From contig CAWANJ010000001.1 in the NCBI GenBank assembly GCA_963783385.1, forward strand, positions 160,001 to 224,000: DNA of 64,000 nt, in the 5' to 3' direction. The position numbers and the translations under genes are program-made. Of the stretch, positions 29,920 through 39,530 are shown piece after piece. Origin of the DNA: an uncultured Gemmatimonadales bacterium (lineage in GTDB: Bacteria; Gemmatimonadota; Gemmatimonadetes; Palauibacterales; Palauibacteraceae). The notes under the pieces were generated by a model that did not search any database, had not been told where the DNA came from, and saw only the letters and a program-made list of their open reading frames with translations. Every line of letters begins with the position of its first letter. The stretch's first letter is position 1.

Positions 29920-30615
29920 TCAGTCCTGCGAGCCGGAAGCCGACAGGTTCTGGATCACGAAATCGTCACGCCGGTTCATGGCCCACGCCTGTTCGTTCTG
30001 CCCCTGCGCGATCGGCCGCTCCTCTCCGAAGCTGATCGTGGACAGGCGATCCGGCGAGATGCCCAGACTGACCAGGTATTTCCTGACCGACTCGGCTCGA
30101 CGCTGACCCAACGCGAGGTTGTACTCGTTCGAGCCGCGGTCGTCGCAGTTGCCCTGGATCTGGATCTTGAAGTTGGCATACTGCCGCAGCGCCTGCGCCT
30201 TGCGCTGAAGGACCTGTGCCGACTGGTCCGTGATGTTCGACTTGTCGAAGTCGAAGTGGACTCGCTGGGCGATGATCTCGATCCCGTCCAGTCGCTGCAG
30301 CTCGGACGCCGCGCGATCCCCACACGCCGTGCCGGGATACTGGCTCTGAGCCTGCTTGTAGAGGGAGCGGGCCTGGTCGTAATTGCCGGCCGTGATCGCC
30401 GCCAGGGCTCGATTGCAGAGCTCGGCCGACGCCTGGTCGCGCTGCTGCGCTCGACGCAGGGAGTCGGCTCGTGCGATCGAGTCCTCACGCGCGCGGGCGG
30501 CCGCCAGGGAGTCCTGGTTCACCTGGGGCCCCTGCTGCGGGGGCGGATTGCCGCCGCAGGCCACGGCGGCGGCCAGGACGAGGACCAGCGGGCTCAGTCG
30601 AAGGCTGCGACGCAT
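29920..30615 (-). CDS. pal: Peptidoglycan-associated lipoprotein Pal (OmpA C-terminal domain)
   Basis: Lipobox AVAC plus VHFDFDKS, GNCDDRGSNEYNLALGQRRA, ISFGEERP and NRRDDF. Confidence 0.93.
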   Translation of the reverse strand: MRRSLRLSPLVLVLAAAVACGGNPPPQQGPQVNQDSLAAARAREDSIARADSLRRAQQRDQASAELCNRALAAITAGNYDQARSLYKQAQSQYPGTACGDRAASELQRLDGIEIIAQRVHFDFDKSNITDQSAQVLQRKAQALRQYANFKIQIQGNCDDRGSNEYNLALGQRRAESVRKYLVSLGISPDRLSTISFGEERPIAQGQNEQAWAMNRRDDFVIQNLSASGSQD

Positions 30616-30711
30616 GGCAGGCTCCTTTCGGTGTTGATGCCGGGTCCGGTCGGCCCGGTCGGGGCCCGGAATCCCGGCCTATCGAACTCTTCCACTCGTA
30701 CGCGTTCGGTC

Positions 30712-30740
30712 AAGCTATGCGGCGCGAGGGTCCTTGCCAA
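30712..30740 (-). promoter_or_regulatory. Possible internal promoter upstream of pal
   Basis: TTGGCA-N17-TAGCTT in the tolB-pal gap. Confidence 0.35.
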
Positions 30741-30787
30741 CCGGCTCGCCCGCGCCCTCCACGCCGTCGTCGCGGCGCCGCCGCCGA

Positions 30788-32146
30788 CTAGGGCCTCCCG
30801 GCCCCGATCGGGCCCGACCACGCCGGCATCTGGTCGATGTGGTTCTCCGCGAGGCGTCGCACCCGCCCGGTCACCGTGTCGAGCACCCAGAGCGCGTGAT
30901 AGCCCTCGCGGGTGGACGAGAACACAATGTGGCGGCCGTCCGGCGCGAACGCCGGGTCCTCGTTGGACCCCTTCAATGTCAGGACCCGCCGATCCGACCC
31001 GTCCGGATTGACGGTCACGATCTGGAACACCCCGTCCACCCAGCCCTGATAGACGATCCGGTCCCCGCGCGGCGACCAGTCCGGTGAGGTCGCGTAACCC
31101 TGCTCGCCGTAGACGTAGCGGCTGATGAGCCCTGGCCCGCCCCCGTCGATGTTCTGCACGAACACCTGGGGCTGGCCCAGCGAGGTGGACGTGTAGGCGA
31201 TCCGCTGCCCGTCGGGGGAGTAGCTGGGGTTCAGCGCGTCCCCAGGGTCCGTGAAGGTGATGCGCCGGGCGCCGGAGAGGCTTGCCGCATCGAGCTCGAA
31301 GATGTCCGTGCCCCCTCCCCCGACCGTCCGGGCCACCGCGATCTTCGCGCCATCCGGGCGGAACACGGGGGTGAGGTTGACGCCGGGCACGGCCGAGACG
31401 GTGCGGCGCCGTCCGCTCGCGAGGCCGAGCTCGTAGGCCTCCGGCCTGCCGCTCACGTAGGAGACGAACAGGAGCTCCGTCCCGTCGGGAGAGAAGGCCG
31501 GAGAGTAGACGATGCTGCTGTCGTGGGTGACGCGGTGGAGGTCGGAGCCGTCGCTGTCGATCATGTACAGATCCGACGCCCCGTCACCCTCCTTGCGGCG
31601 GAAGGCGATGCGCGTCGCGGCCATGCCGCTCTCGCCGGTGGCCCAGTTCACCACGGAGTCGGCGATCCGGTGTACCGCCATTCGGAGAGCCTCGCCGTGG
31701 TCGGCGGGGAGCGTGAACGCCTGGACGTTACGAAGGTTTCCGTACACGACGTCGTGCAGGCTGACGCGCAGCAGCGGCCGGTCGGCGGGGCCCTGGAGCT
31801 GCGTGGCCACCAGCCACACCGCGCCGAGCTGGTTCCACAGGCCGTAGTTGATGGCCCCACTGGTATGCAGGGAATCCGGAACGGGGAGGATGTCGAAGCG
31901 GTCGGAATAGTCCAGGTCGCGGCGCAGGATCGTGTCGACGCTCGCTGCGACCGTCGCCAGGTCGCTCCCCGTGCCTCCCAGGGTCGACGGGGGAAGCGCC
32001 AGCCCCGGACGGTAGCCCGGCTTGTAGGTGATTCCGAGCCGAACCTGGCCCTCGCCGCCCTGCTGGGCGCGCAGCGGAACCGCAGCCGCCACGCACGCCG
32101 CGAGCATGAGAAGCAGCGCCCGTGTGAGCCTCGACGCCCGGTTCAA
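30788..32146 (-). CDS. tolB: Tol-Pal beta-propeller protein TolB
   Basis: TolB_N (DLDYSDRF, TRIAF) and PD40 repeats (SPAFSPDG, PSYSPDG, PDWSPRG, PAFAPDG). The TTG start overlaps the upstream TGA. Confidence 0.9.
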   Translation of the reverse strand: MNRASRLTRALLLMLAACVAAAVPLRAQQGGEGQVRLGITYKPGYRPGLALPPSTLGGTGSDLATVAASVDTILRRDLDYSDRFDILPVPDSLHTSGAINYGLWNQLGAVWLVATQLQGPADRPLLRVSLHDVVYGNLRNVQAFTLPADHGEALRMAVHRIADSVVNWATGESGMAATRIAFRRKEGDGASDLYMIDSDGSDLHRVTHDSSIVYSPAFSPDGTELLFVSYVSGRPEAYELGLASGRRRTVSAVPGVNLTPVFRPDGAKIAVARTVGGGGTDIFELDAASLSGARRITFTDPGDALNPSYSPDGQRIAYTSTSLGQPQVFVQNIDGGGPGLISRYVYGEQGYATSPDWSPRGDRIVYQGWVDGVFQIVTVNPDGSDRRVLTLKGSNEDPAFAPDGRHIVFSSTREGYHALWVLDTVTGRVRRLAENHIDQMPAWSGPIGAGRP

Positions 32147-32826
32147 TAGGCCGTGGGGTCGAAGAAGAAGGACACTCGCAGCCGATCCCGTGCATACCCC
32201 GCGGGAAGCGAGCCGAACGCCTTGGCCCGGCCGGCGGCCTCCACGGCACCCCGCGCCTCCAGGTCGAAGCCGAGAGCTCCCGAGCGGCGGACCCACTCGA
32301 TGTCGCTCACCGAGCCGTCCCGGTGGATGACGAAGGAGATCTCCGCCCGGAGCGCCTTTCCGCCCGTCGGCGGCCGCCAGTACCGGTACACCTGCCGGAT
32401 GATGTTCTGCGGGTATGCCGGGTAGGCGAACGTCTTGCCGTCGAGCTGGACGTTGACCGCGTCCTCGCCCTTCTTCTCCGAGCGCGCCGGCTCCTTGGAG
32501 GGCGGGGTCTCGGGAGACTTCTTCTCGGTCTGCGTGGGCGCCTTGACCCTGGGCTTCTTGCGCGTGGTGGGCTGCGGCGGCGGCGGCCGATTCTCCTTCA
32601 CCGCGACCTTGGCGGGAACGGGCTTCTCTCGCTCGGGCGCGTTGGGCGCCGCCGCCGCGACGAGCTGCACCCGGTAGGTCGGCGGCGGGACGGGCGCAGC
32701 CATGGACCTGGCCGCGTGGATGAGCAGGAAGAGGACGACCACGTGGAGCCCCAGCGAGCCGCCCACCGCCGCCGGCGGGAGCCTGCGCTCCTCCCGCTCG
32801 TGATGCGGTCTGGACGCTTTCGGCAT
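32143..32826 (-). CDS. tolA: TolA/TonB-like energy transducer
   Basis: TM segment with SLGLH (SxxxH), a Pro/Lys linker and a TonB_C-like domain (FVIHRDGSV...SG..FDLEA). Confidence 0.8.
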   Translation of the reverse strand: MPKASRPHHEREERRLPPAAVGGSLGLHVVVLFLLIHAARSMAAPVPPPTYRVQLVAAAAPNAPEREKPVPAKVAVKENRPPPPQPTTRKKPRVKAPTQTEKKSPETPPSKEPARSEKKGEDAVNVQLDGKTFAYPAYPQNIIRQVYRYWRPPTGGKALRAEISFVIHRDGSVSDIEWVRRSGALGFDLEARGAVEAAGRAKAFGSLPAGYARDRLRVSFFFDPTAY

Positions 32827-32838
32827 CGCTTCCCCCCG

Positions 32839-33276
32839 TCACCCGCCCCGGCGCTCCGACTCGGGCTGCGCCACGAGGCTCACAGCCTGAATGTCCGCCT
32901 CCTTCAACTTGCCTATCACCCGAAGGACGACCCCGTACGGCACGCTCGCGTCTCCCTTCACGTACACCACCGGCGACTGTCGCCGCTTGATCACCTGGAC
33001 GACGCTCGCGTCGAACTCCTGCATGCTGACCTTCGTGTCGTCCAGGTAGATCTGCCCGTTGGCGTCGATGGTGATCACCACGCCCTCGGTCGTCTGGATG
33101 GGGGCGGCCGGCGCCTTGGGGACGTCGACCTGTACCCCTCCCTGGAGGATCGGTGCCGTGATCATGAAGATCACCAGCAGCGTGAAGGCCACGTCCACCA
33201 GGTTGGTGATGTTGACCTCGGCCTGCACCGGAAGGCCTCCGTCGCCACCCAGTCGACTGAACCGACGGTGCCTCAC
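32839..33276 (-). CDS. tolR: TolR/ExbD biopolymer transport protein
   Basis: EVNITNLVDVAFTLLVIFMITAP and VKGDASVPYG. Confidence 0.92.
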   Translation of the reverse strand: MRHRRFSRLGGDGGLPVQAEVNITNLVDVAFTLLVIFMITAPILQGGVQVDVPKAPAAPIQTTEGVVITIDANGQIYLDDTKVSMQEFDASVVQVIKRRQSPVVYVKGDASVPYGVVLRVIGKLKEADIQAVSLVAQPESERRGG

Positions 33277-33322
33277 GGGGCCGCCCGATCGCCTGGTGGG
33301 GCCGTCGGGCCCGGCGTGGCCC

Positions 33323-34132
33323 TCACAGGCGCCCTTCCCGGGCCAGCGTGCCCACGAACTCGCTGGCGAAGCCCTCGAGCTCGCCGGCGAACAGGCCCAG
33401 CTTGGAGGCATAGTGGTTGTAGGCCATCACGGCCGGAATGGCCACGAACAGCCCCGCCACCGTGGTGATCAGCGCCTCTGCGATCCCCGGCGCCACCGCG
33501 GAGATGTTGGCGCTGCCCGTGGCCGAGATCCCAATGAAGGCGTCCATGACGCCCACCACGGTGCCGAGGAGGCCGAGCAGCGGGCTCACCGATCCGATGA
33601 TGGCCAGCCAGGGGAGGCCGTGGGCCAGCTCGTCCCGCTCCTCGGAGAGCTCCTTCTCGAGCACCATCCACAGAGTCTCGAGCTGCGCCGGGGAGATACC
33701 CCGGGGCGTGGAGCCCTCCTTGCCGGCTCCGCTCAGGTCCGTGAAGAACTCCACCCCTTCGCGAAACAGGCGCGTGTAGGGGGAGTCCTCCAGGTGGAGG
33801 AGCACCTGGCGTACCTCATCGAGGCCCCCGGCTCTCTCCATGCCCATCACGAACCCGTCGCCCTGTCTTCCCACGCGTCGGAATTCGGACCACTTCCAGA
33901 AGATCAGCACCCACGAGACGACCGAGAACACGGCCAGCACGACCAGGATGATCTGCGTGGGCGTCGTGGCCCGCAGCACCATCTGCCACGGATTCGTGGC
34001 CAGCGCCCGGTGCCCCCCTGCGGGGACCGCCGTCTGGAGGGCGTTCCGGGCCACCTCGCTGGCCGCCTGGCCCGTGTCCCCCACAGCCTGCGCGAGCCGT
34101 GACAGCGCGAGGAACAGCGCCGCCCCGCTCAC
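33323..34132 (-). CDS. tolQ: TolQ/ExbB (MotA family) proton channel
   Basis: SPLLGLLGTVVGVM and VAPGIAEALITTVAGLFVAIPA. Confidence 0.93.
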   Translation of the reverse strand: MSGAALFLALSRLAQAVGDTGQAASEVARNALQTAVPAGGHRALATNPWQMVLRATTPTQIILVVLAVFSVVSWVLIFWKWSEFRRVGRQGDGFVMGMERAGGLDEVRQVLLHLEDSPYTRLFREGVEFFTDLSGAGKEGSTPRGISPAQLETLWMVLEKELSEERDELAHGLPWLAIIGSVSPLLGLLGTVVGVMDAFIGISATGSANISAVAPGIAEALITTVAGLFVAIPAVMAYNHYASKLGLFAGELEGFASEFVGTLAREGRL

Positions 34133-35082
34133 GCGGCCTCCCCGACCAGGGCCCCGTATGTGGCGCCCAGTCCTTCCCGCAGCGAGTGGCGAGACCGCCA
34201 CCCGGCCGACCGCAGGCGTCCCGGGTCGAGGGCGCTGCGCTCGAGCTCGCCCGGACGCCCGGGGGCGTGGCGCACCTCCACGCGACGACCAGCACGGTCC
34301 ATGAGTTCCTCTGCCAGCTCGAGGACCGTGGTCTGCACGCCCGTTCCCACGTTGAAGGCCACGTCGTCCAGCTCCCCGCTCCCGGGCAGGTCGAGGTCGG
34401 CGAGGAGCACGTTGGCCGCCGCCACGTCCCCCACGTACACGTAGTCGCGCGTCTGCCGGCCGTCGCCGAACACGGTGAGCGGCTCGCCCCGGGCGATCCG
34501 GCCCGAGAAGATGGCCACCACGCCGGCCTCGCCGGTCGGGTCCTGCCTGGGGCCGTATACGTTCGCGTACCGCTGAGCCGCGTACTCGAGACCGTGGACG
34601 GCCCGGTAGCAGTACAGGTAGTGCTCTCCGGTGAGCTTGGCGACGCCGTAGGGCGAGATCGGGCGCTTGGGCGCGTCCTCGGGCGTGGGAAGGCGATCGG
34701 CCTCCCCGTAGACGACGCCGCCGGAGGAGACGTACAGGACCCTTCGGACCCGGGTGCGGCGGGCCGCCTCGAGGAGGTTGAGGAGACCGAGCACGTTCAC
34801 CGAAGCGTCGAAGACCGGGTCGGCCACCGACTTCCGTACATCGACCTGGGCCGCGTGGTGGTTGAGGACCTCGAAGCGCCGCTCCTCGAACAGCGCGCCC
34901 ACCTCGTCCGACCGAATGTCCATCTCGACCAGCTCGACGCCATCGGGCACGTTGTCGCGGCGACCCGTGCTGAGGTCGTCCACCGCGGTCACCGTCCAGC
35001 CCTCGTCCCGGTACGCCTCGCACACGTGGGAGCCGATGAACCCCGCTCCCCCCGTGACCAGCACGCGCCTACTCCCCATCAT
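34129..35082 (-). CDS. NAD-dependent epimerase/dehydratase (UDP-glucose 4-epimerase-like)
   Basis: Motifs VTGGAGFIGSH, HHAAQVDVRKS, YGVAK, NVYGPRQ and TRDYVYV. Confidence 0.9.
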   Translation of the reverse strand: MMGSRRVLVTGGAGFIGSHVCEAYRDEGWTVTAVDDLSTGRRDNVPDGVELVEMDIRSDEVGALFEERRFEVLNHHAAQVDVRKSVADPVFDASVNVLGLLNLLEAARRTRVRRVLYVSSGGVVYGEADRLPTPEDAPKRPISPYGVAKLTGEHYLYCYRAVHGLEYAAQRYANVYGPRQDPTGEAGVVAIFSGRIARGEPLTVFGDGRQTRDYVYVGDVAAANVLLADLDLPGSGELDDVAFNVGTGVQTTVLELAEELMDRAGRRVEVRHAPGRPGELERSALDPGRLRSAGWRSRHSLREGLGATYGALVGEAA

Positions 35083-36421
35083 CCTCACCTCGATCCATCC
35101 CCGTCCCCTTCCCCTCGTCCGCCGTCGCCGGTCGCTGCCGGCCGTTGAGCTCGAACAGGCGTCGGGCCACTTCCAGGTGCTCGGCCCCGGCCGGCCCGCC
35201 GGCCAGCTCCCTGAGGCCCACGGTCGGCGCGTGCAGGATCCGCTGCACCACCAGCCGCGACGCACCCAGGATGCGCTCGCGCTCCTCCGGGCTCAGAGCG
35301 GCGATCCCCTCCAGCGCCTCTTCCATCGTCTCCCGCCGGATCCGCTCGGCCTCCTCCCGGAGTCCCCGGATGAGCGGAACCGCCTCCCGCGCGAGCAGCC
35401 ACTGCCAGAACCCGTCCAGGTCCTCGCCCAGGAGTACCTCGGCCGCGCGTCCCTCCGCCTCCCGTGCCTGGACGGTGGCGTGCACGACGCGCTGCAGGTC
35501 GTCGATGTTGTACAGGAAGATGCCCGGCAGGTCCCCGACCCCGGCTTCGACGTCCCGCGGCAGCGCGATGTCCACGATCACCATGGAGCGCCCTTCCGTC
35601 CCACGCGACGCGCGAAGAGCGTCGGCCGTCACGATCGGGTGCGGAGCCGACGTGGAGGTGAGGACGACATCCACCGACCGCAGCACGTCCGCCACGGCCA
35701 GGTAGGGCACCGCCCGCACGGCCGGATGCGCGAGCCGGGCCACGGCCTCCTCCGCCCGGGCGAGTGTGCGGCTGGCGACGACGACCTCGTCAATGCCACG
35801 GTCGAGGAGGCTGCGAAGCGTCTCCTCGCCCATCTCGCCCGCGCCGATGACCATGGCCCGACGGCCCTCGAGGGTGCCGAAAACCTTGAGGACCAGCTGG
35901 ACCGCCGCCGCGGGCACGGACGCGGCGCCCTCACCAATGGCGGTCTCGGTCCGTACCCGGCCTCCGGCGGCCAGGGCCGACTGGAACAGCCAATGGAGGA
36001 CCAGACCGACGCCCTCGGGGCGGGCCTCCCTCGAGGCGCGGTACGCCTGCTCCACCTGACCCTGGATCTGCGGCTCCCCGACCACCATGGAGTCGAGCCC
36101 GGCCGCGACCCGAAACAGGTGCAGGGCCGCCTCGCGGTTCCGCCGCACGTACAGGTGCCCGGCGGCGGCCTCCGGCGTGAGACCGGCCCTCTCCGCCAGC
36201 GTGACCGTGGCCGCGCGCTCCCCGTGACCGACCTCCGCGGCGACCACGTAGCACTCGGTCCGGTTGCACGTGCTCAGCACCGCGCACTCTTCCACGTCGG
36301 GCGCCAGGAGGAGACGCCCCATGGCGTCCGGCACCTCGGCGTCCGGCACGTAGAATCGCTCCCTGAGCTCGATGGGCGCCGTCCTGTGATTGACACCCAC
36401 GACCGTCAGTCCCACGTCCAC
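35069..36421 (-). CDS. hemA: Glutamyl-tRNA reductase
   Basis: Motifs HRTAPIELRE, LSTCNRTE, LDSMVVGEPQI, IGAGEMG and DIALPRDV. Confidence 0.96.
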   Translation of the reverse strand: MDVGLTVVGVNHRTAPIELRERFYVPDAEVPDAMGRLLLAPDVEECAVLSTCNRTECYVVAAEVGHGERAATVTLAERAGLTPEAAAGHLYVRRNREAALHLFRVAAGLDSMVVGEPQIQGQVEQAYRASREARPEGVGLVLHWLFQSALAAGGRVRTETAIGEGAASVPAAAVQLVLKVFGTLEGRRAMVIGAGEMGEETLRSLLDRGIDEVVVASRTLARAEEAVARLAHPAVRAVPYLAVADVLRSVDVVLTSTSAPHPIVTADALRASRGTEGRSMVIVDIALPRDVEAGVGDLPGIFLYNIDDLQRVVHATVQAREAEGRAAEVLLGEDLDGFWQWLLAREAVPLIRGLREEAERIRRETMEEALEGIAALSPEERERILGASRLVVQRILHAPTVGLRELAGGPAGAEHLEVARRLFELNGRQRPATADEGKGTGMDRGEDDGE

Positions 36422-36437
36422 CCCCCGAAGCGCGTCT

Positions 36438-37256
36438 TCACAGGAACACGCTCTCAGGTCCCACGATCAGGACCCTCAGAACCACGAAGACCAGGGCCGA
36501 CACGACGAAAGCTCCGGCGCTGACAAGGGCGGCACGCTCTCCTCGCCACCGGGGCGAGAAGCGCGCGACGATCGCCACCAGATAGGTCAGCCACGTCACT
36601 ACACCGAACAGCACCTGGGGGTCACGGAGGGCGAGCCCCCGCCCGTACGTGAGCGTCCAGCTCCAGCCGGCCAGGAGGCCGAGCGTGAGGCCGGGGAAGC
36701 CGACCAGGAGCCCCAGGCGGTTGAGCCGCTCCAGCACGTCCAGGGAGGGGAAGAAGCGGAAGACCGAGCCGAACGACTTGCGCTTCAGCGCACGGAACTG
36801 GAGGACGTACATGGCCCCCGCCGCCGACCCCAGCACCAGGCCGGCGCATCCCACGAACACGATGGACACGTGGAACACGAACCAGGGCCCCCGGAAGGCG
36901 CTGTCCAGGTGAACCGGCCGCAGACCGACGAGCGCCGCCAGACCCAGCAGCCCGAGCACGACGGGAAGGACGAACAGCATGGCCGGCCGGCGCTCCCGAC
37001 GGACCGCCGCCCCGAGGCCGAGGACCGCGATGGCCAGCGCCAGGGTCGAGGAGGCCGGCCCCATGCCCACCAGAGGCAGGGTCCCGAACCGCGCCACGAA
37101 CGCCACCAGCCCGGCGGCGTGTACCAGCACCGCCGCCACGGCGATCTGCCACCCGGGCGTCTCGAGCGTGCCGCCTCCCGACCGAAAGGCACGCAGCAGG
37201 ACACCCCAGGCGCCGAGGTACCCGAGGAGGGCGACGAGGTGGAAGGCGAGGATCAC
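36438..37256 (-). CDS. CcsA/HemX-like cytochrome c assembly family membrane protein
   Basis: About eight TM segments, a conserved His (WFVFHV), FFPSLDVLERL and DPQV. Lies directly upstream of hemA. Confidence 0.8.
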   Translation of the reverse strand: MILAFHLVALLGYLGAWGVLLRAFRSGGGTLETPGWQIAVAAVLVHAAGLVAFVARFGTLPLVGMGPASSTLALAIAVLGLGAAVRRERRPAMLFVLPVVLGLLGLAALVGLRPVHLDSAFRGPWFVFHVSIVFVGCAGLVLGSAAGAMYVLQFRALKRKSFGSVFRFFPSLDVLERLNRLGLLVGFPGLTLGLLAGWSWTLTYGRGLALRDPQVLFGVVTWLTYLVAIVARFSPRWRGERAALVSAGAFVVSALVFVVLRVLIVGPESVFL

Positions 37257-37388
37257 CGTGGAAGCCGGGCGGCCCTCCCCCGCCCCGGTTCGTGTCTCGT
37301 CGTCGGAGACCCGTCGGGATCCGGATGGACGCGGAGCGGAGTCCCGCCCCGGCCGCTACGCTCCCGACCGGTCACCGACCTCCCCCGC

Positions 37389-38624
37389 TCAGCCGCCGGC
37401 GGCAGCCGGCCGACGGATCAGGCGGACCGCGGCGTCGGGAGCGCTCCCCACATCCCGGGTCTCGACCACGCGAGCGGAAGCGGTGTGCGGCATGGTACGG
37501 ACGACACGCACCACGCTGAGACGCGCGGACAGAGGAGCCGAGGCTGGATTCCTGACGTCGCTCGGGAACACCGCGAATTCGTCCCCGTTCCGGACGCCCT
37601 CGACGGCCCCCCGGTCCAGGAACACAATGTCCTCGGTGCTGACCAGGGGCTGCTCGGTCTCGAAGCCCAGCAAGTGCGCGACCATGCCGCCCTGCACCGG
37701 TTGGAGCGACGAGCCCGGAGGCGCGAACGACCCGGCCGGGATCAGGGGATCACCGGCCTGATAATCGCCGAACACCGTCTCCACCACGCCACCGGCCGAG
37801 TCGCCTTCCACGGAGGTCACGCGAACCAGGCCCATGGACTCGAACTGCCGCTGGGACGTTCCCCGGCGTCCCCCGGGTCGGATGGCCTGCAACAGGTCAC
37901 CCTGCGACACCGACAGCCCGTTCAACGCAATGACAATGTGCTCGTACGGCCGCACGGACGGCGGAAGTTCGAGTCCGAGCGGATTCTCCTGGATGACCCT
38001 CGCTGTCGTGGCCCGCATCTCCACGCTGGCGGGCTCCGCCACGAAGCTGGCCCGATAGAAGTCGCTGGGCGAGACGAGCTCCGGGGCGACCGCCTCCTCC
38101 ACGGAGAGGGTTCCGAAATCGACCGAAGCTTCCGGCGAGCGATCGAAAATGCTCGGCGCCGAGAAGGCCTCGGCCCGCTGCTGGCCCGTCGCCGCCGACG
38201 GCACCGCGCCGGCGGCCGGCGGACGAGCCTCGGCGGCCGCTCCCGCCCCGCCCGAAGGGGAAGGAGCAGGCCGGGCAGCGACCCGCGTGGCGTCCTGGCC
38301 CACCGGAGGAATCCGGAACTGCTGGCCCGGATAGATCCAGTGCGGGTCGTTGATCAGGGACCGGTTGAGCTGGAAGATGGCCGGCCACTGGAAGGGATCG
38401 GAGAGATAACGCGCAGCCAGATCCCAGAGCGTGTCGCCCTTCTTGACGACGTGCTCCCGGCTCCCTTGCTGGGCCGCCACGGGGGTGGCGACCGTGGCCG
38501 CCGCGAGCGCCGCCACGCACGCCCCGAACAGGAGGCGTGACCGCCCCCGGAGGGTCGGGGCGAACCGGTTGACCCTGCCGGCCGCCACGGGAGCGTGGGG
38601 TCCGACCGCGACGCTGTCGGTCAT
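37389..38624 (-). CDS. Secreted LysM peptidoglycan-binding protein (TsaP-like architecture)
   Basis: Signal peptide, LysM domain [41 protein letters not shown], and a C-terminal beta region ([17 protein letters not shown]). Confidence 0.82.
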   Translation of the reverse strand: MTDSVAVGPHAPVAAGRVNRFAPTLRGRSRLLFGACVAALAAATVATPVAAQQGSREHVVKKGDTLWDLAARYLSDPFQWPAIFQLNRSLINDPHWIYPGQQFRIPPVGQDATRVAARPAPSPSGGAGAAAEARPPAAGAVPSAATGQQRAEAFSAPSIFDRSPEASVDFGTLSVEEAVAPELVSPSDFYRASFVAEPASVEMRATTARVIQENPLGLELPPSVRPYEHIVIALNGLSVSQGDLLQAIRPGGRRGTSQRQFESMGLVRVTSVEGDSAGGVVETVFGDYQAGDPLIPAGSFAPPGSSLQPVQGGMVAHLLGFETEQPLVSTEDIVFLDRGAVEGVRNGDEFAVFPSDVRNPASAPLSARLSVVRVVRTMPHTASARVVETRDVGSAPDAAVRLIRRPAAAGG

Positions 38625-38990
38625 GGTACGCATAAGCCCAACTTCCGCACGGAGTTACGCTATGCCCGCCTGCGATGGTGCACGCGAACGCTTCGGCGCG
38701 GAGGGCAGCCCTCGCGATTCCGGCCTCTCGACCACCCGGAAAGATCGGGCGACATGGGGAGAAACGCAATCACGGCCCTCGACGGGGCGCCTGTCGAGCA
38801 GGAGTCGTGCGCGGCCGGCCGTACGCCAGGCCAGCGTCGGCCTAACTCCCTTCCAAGAAAGGCGTTCGTTCGATCCACGGCCGCCGAGGGAGGCCCGCGA
38901 TCCTCCAGGGGGCCGTCCCAGACCGCGCCGGCGTGTGAAATACGTGCACAGCTGCGCAGAAAGTCCGCCCCGAGGCTGGAGGTGCACGCC

Positions 38991-39446
38991 TCAGAAGGGT
39001 AAGTCGTCCTCCCCCATGAGGGCCTCGTTGGAGAAGTCGGAGTAGTCATCGTCCTCCGACTCCTGCCCAGTCTCGGGCCTCGTCCCCCGAGCCGCCGTGC
39101 CCCCGGCCTCACCGCGGCCGCCCAGCATGATCATCTCGCGCGCGCGGATCTCCGTCGTGTAGCGGGTCTGGCCGTCCTGGCCCTCCCACTGGCGATATTC
39201 GATCCGGCCCTCGACGTAGACGCGGTCCCCCTTGCTCAGGTAGCGCTCGCAAATCTCGGCCAGACGCTCCCAGGCCACGACGCGGTGCCACTCCGTCTTC
39301 TCCTGGGTCTGTCCGCTGCGGTCCGTCCAGCTCCGGCTGGTGGCCACCGAGAGCGTGGCGACCCGGGTGCCCGATCCGGTGGAGCGGACCTCCGGATCGG
39401 CTCCCAGATTGCCGATGATCATCGCCTTGTTCAGGCTGCGCGACAT
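38991..39446 (-). CDS. ssb: Single-stranded DNA-binding protein
   Basis: LNKAMIIGNLGADPEVR, KTEWHRVV and C-terminal DDLPF. Confidence 0.97.
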   Translation of the reverse strand: MSRSLNKAMIIGNLGADPEVRSTGSGTRVATLSVATSRSWTDRSGQTQEKTEWHRVVAWERLAEICERYLSKGDRVYVEGRIEYRQWEGQDGQTRYTTEIRAREMIMLGGRGEAGGTAARGTRPETGQESEDDDYSDFSNEALMGEDDLPF

Positions 39447-39530
39447 GCGGACCCTCCGACGGGTGTGTCCAGGTGACGAGCGTTGGCGAAAAACCTCCGG
39501 ACTCCGGGCGGTCCGAGCCGGGGCGGCCGA

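Noticed and set aside
38955-38975. GCAGAAAGTCCGCCC, resembling the RNase [15 protein letters not shown] motif
   Set aside because: The match is imperfect, no complementary 3' conserved region is visible, and there is no room before the ssb coding end.
38640-38990. Possible riboswitch (c-di-GMP or c-di-AMP) upstream of the LysM gene
   Set aside because: I could not see the consensus elements on the coding strand. An Rfam search would settle it.
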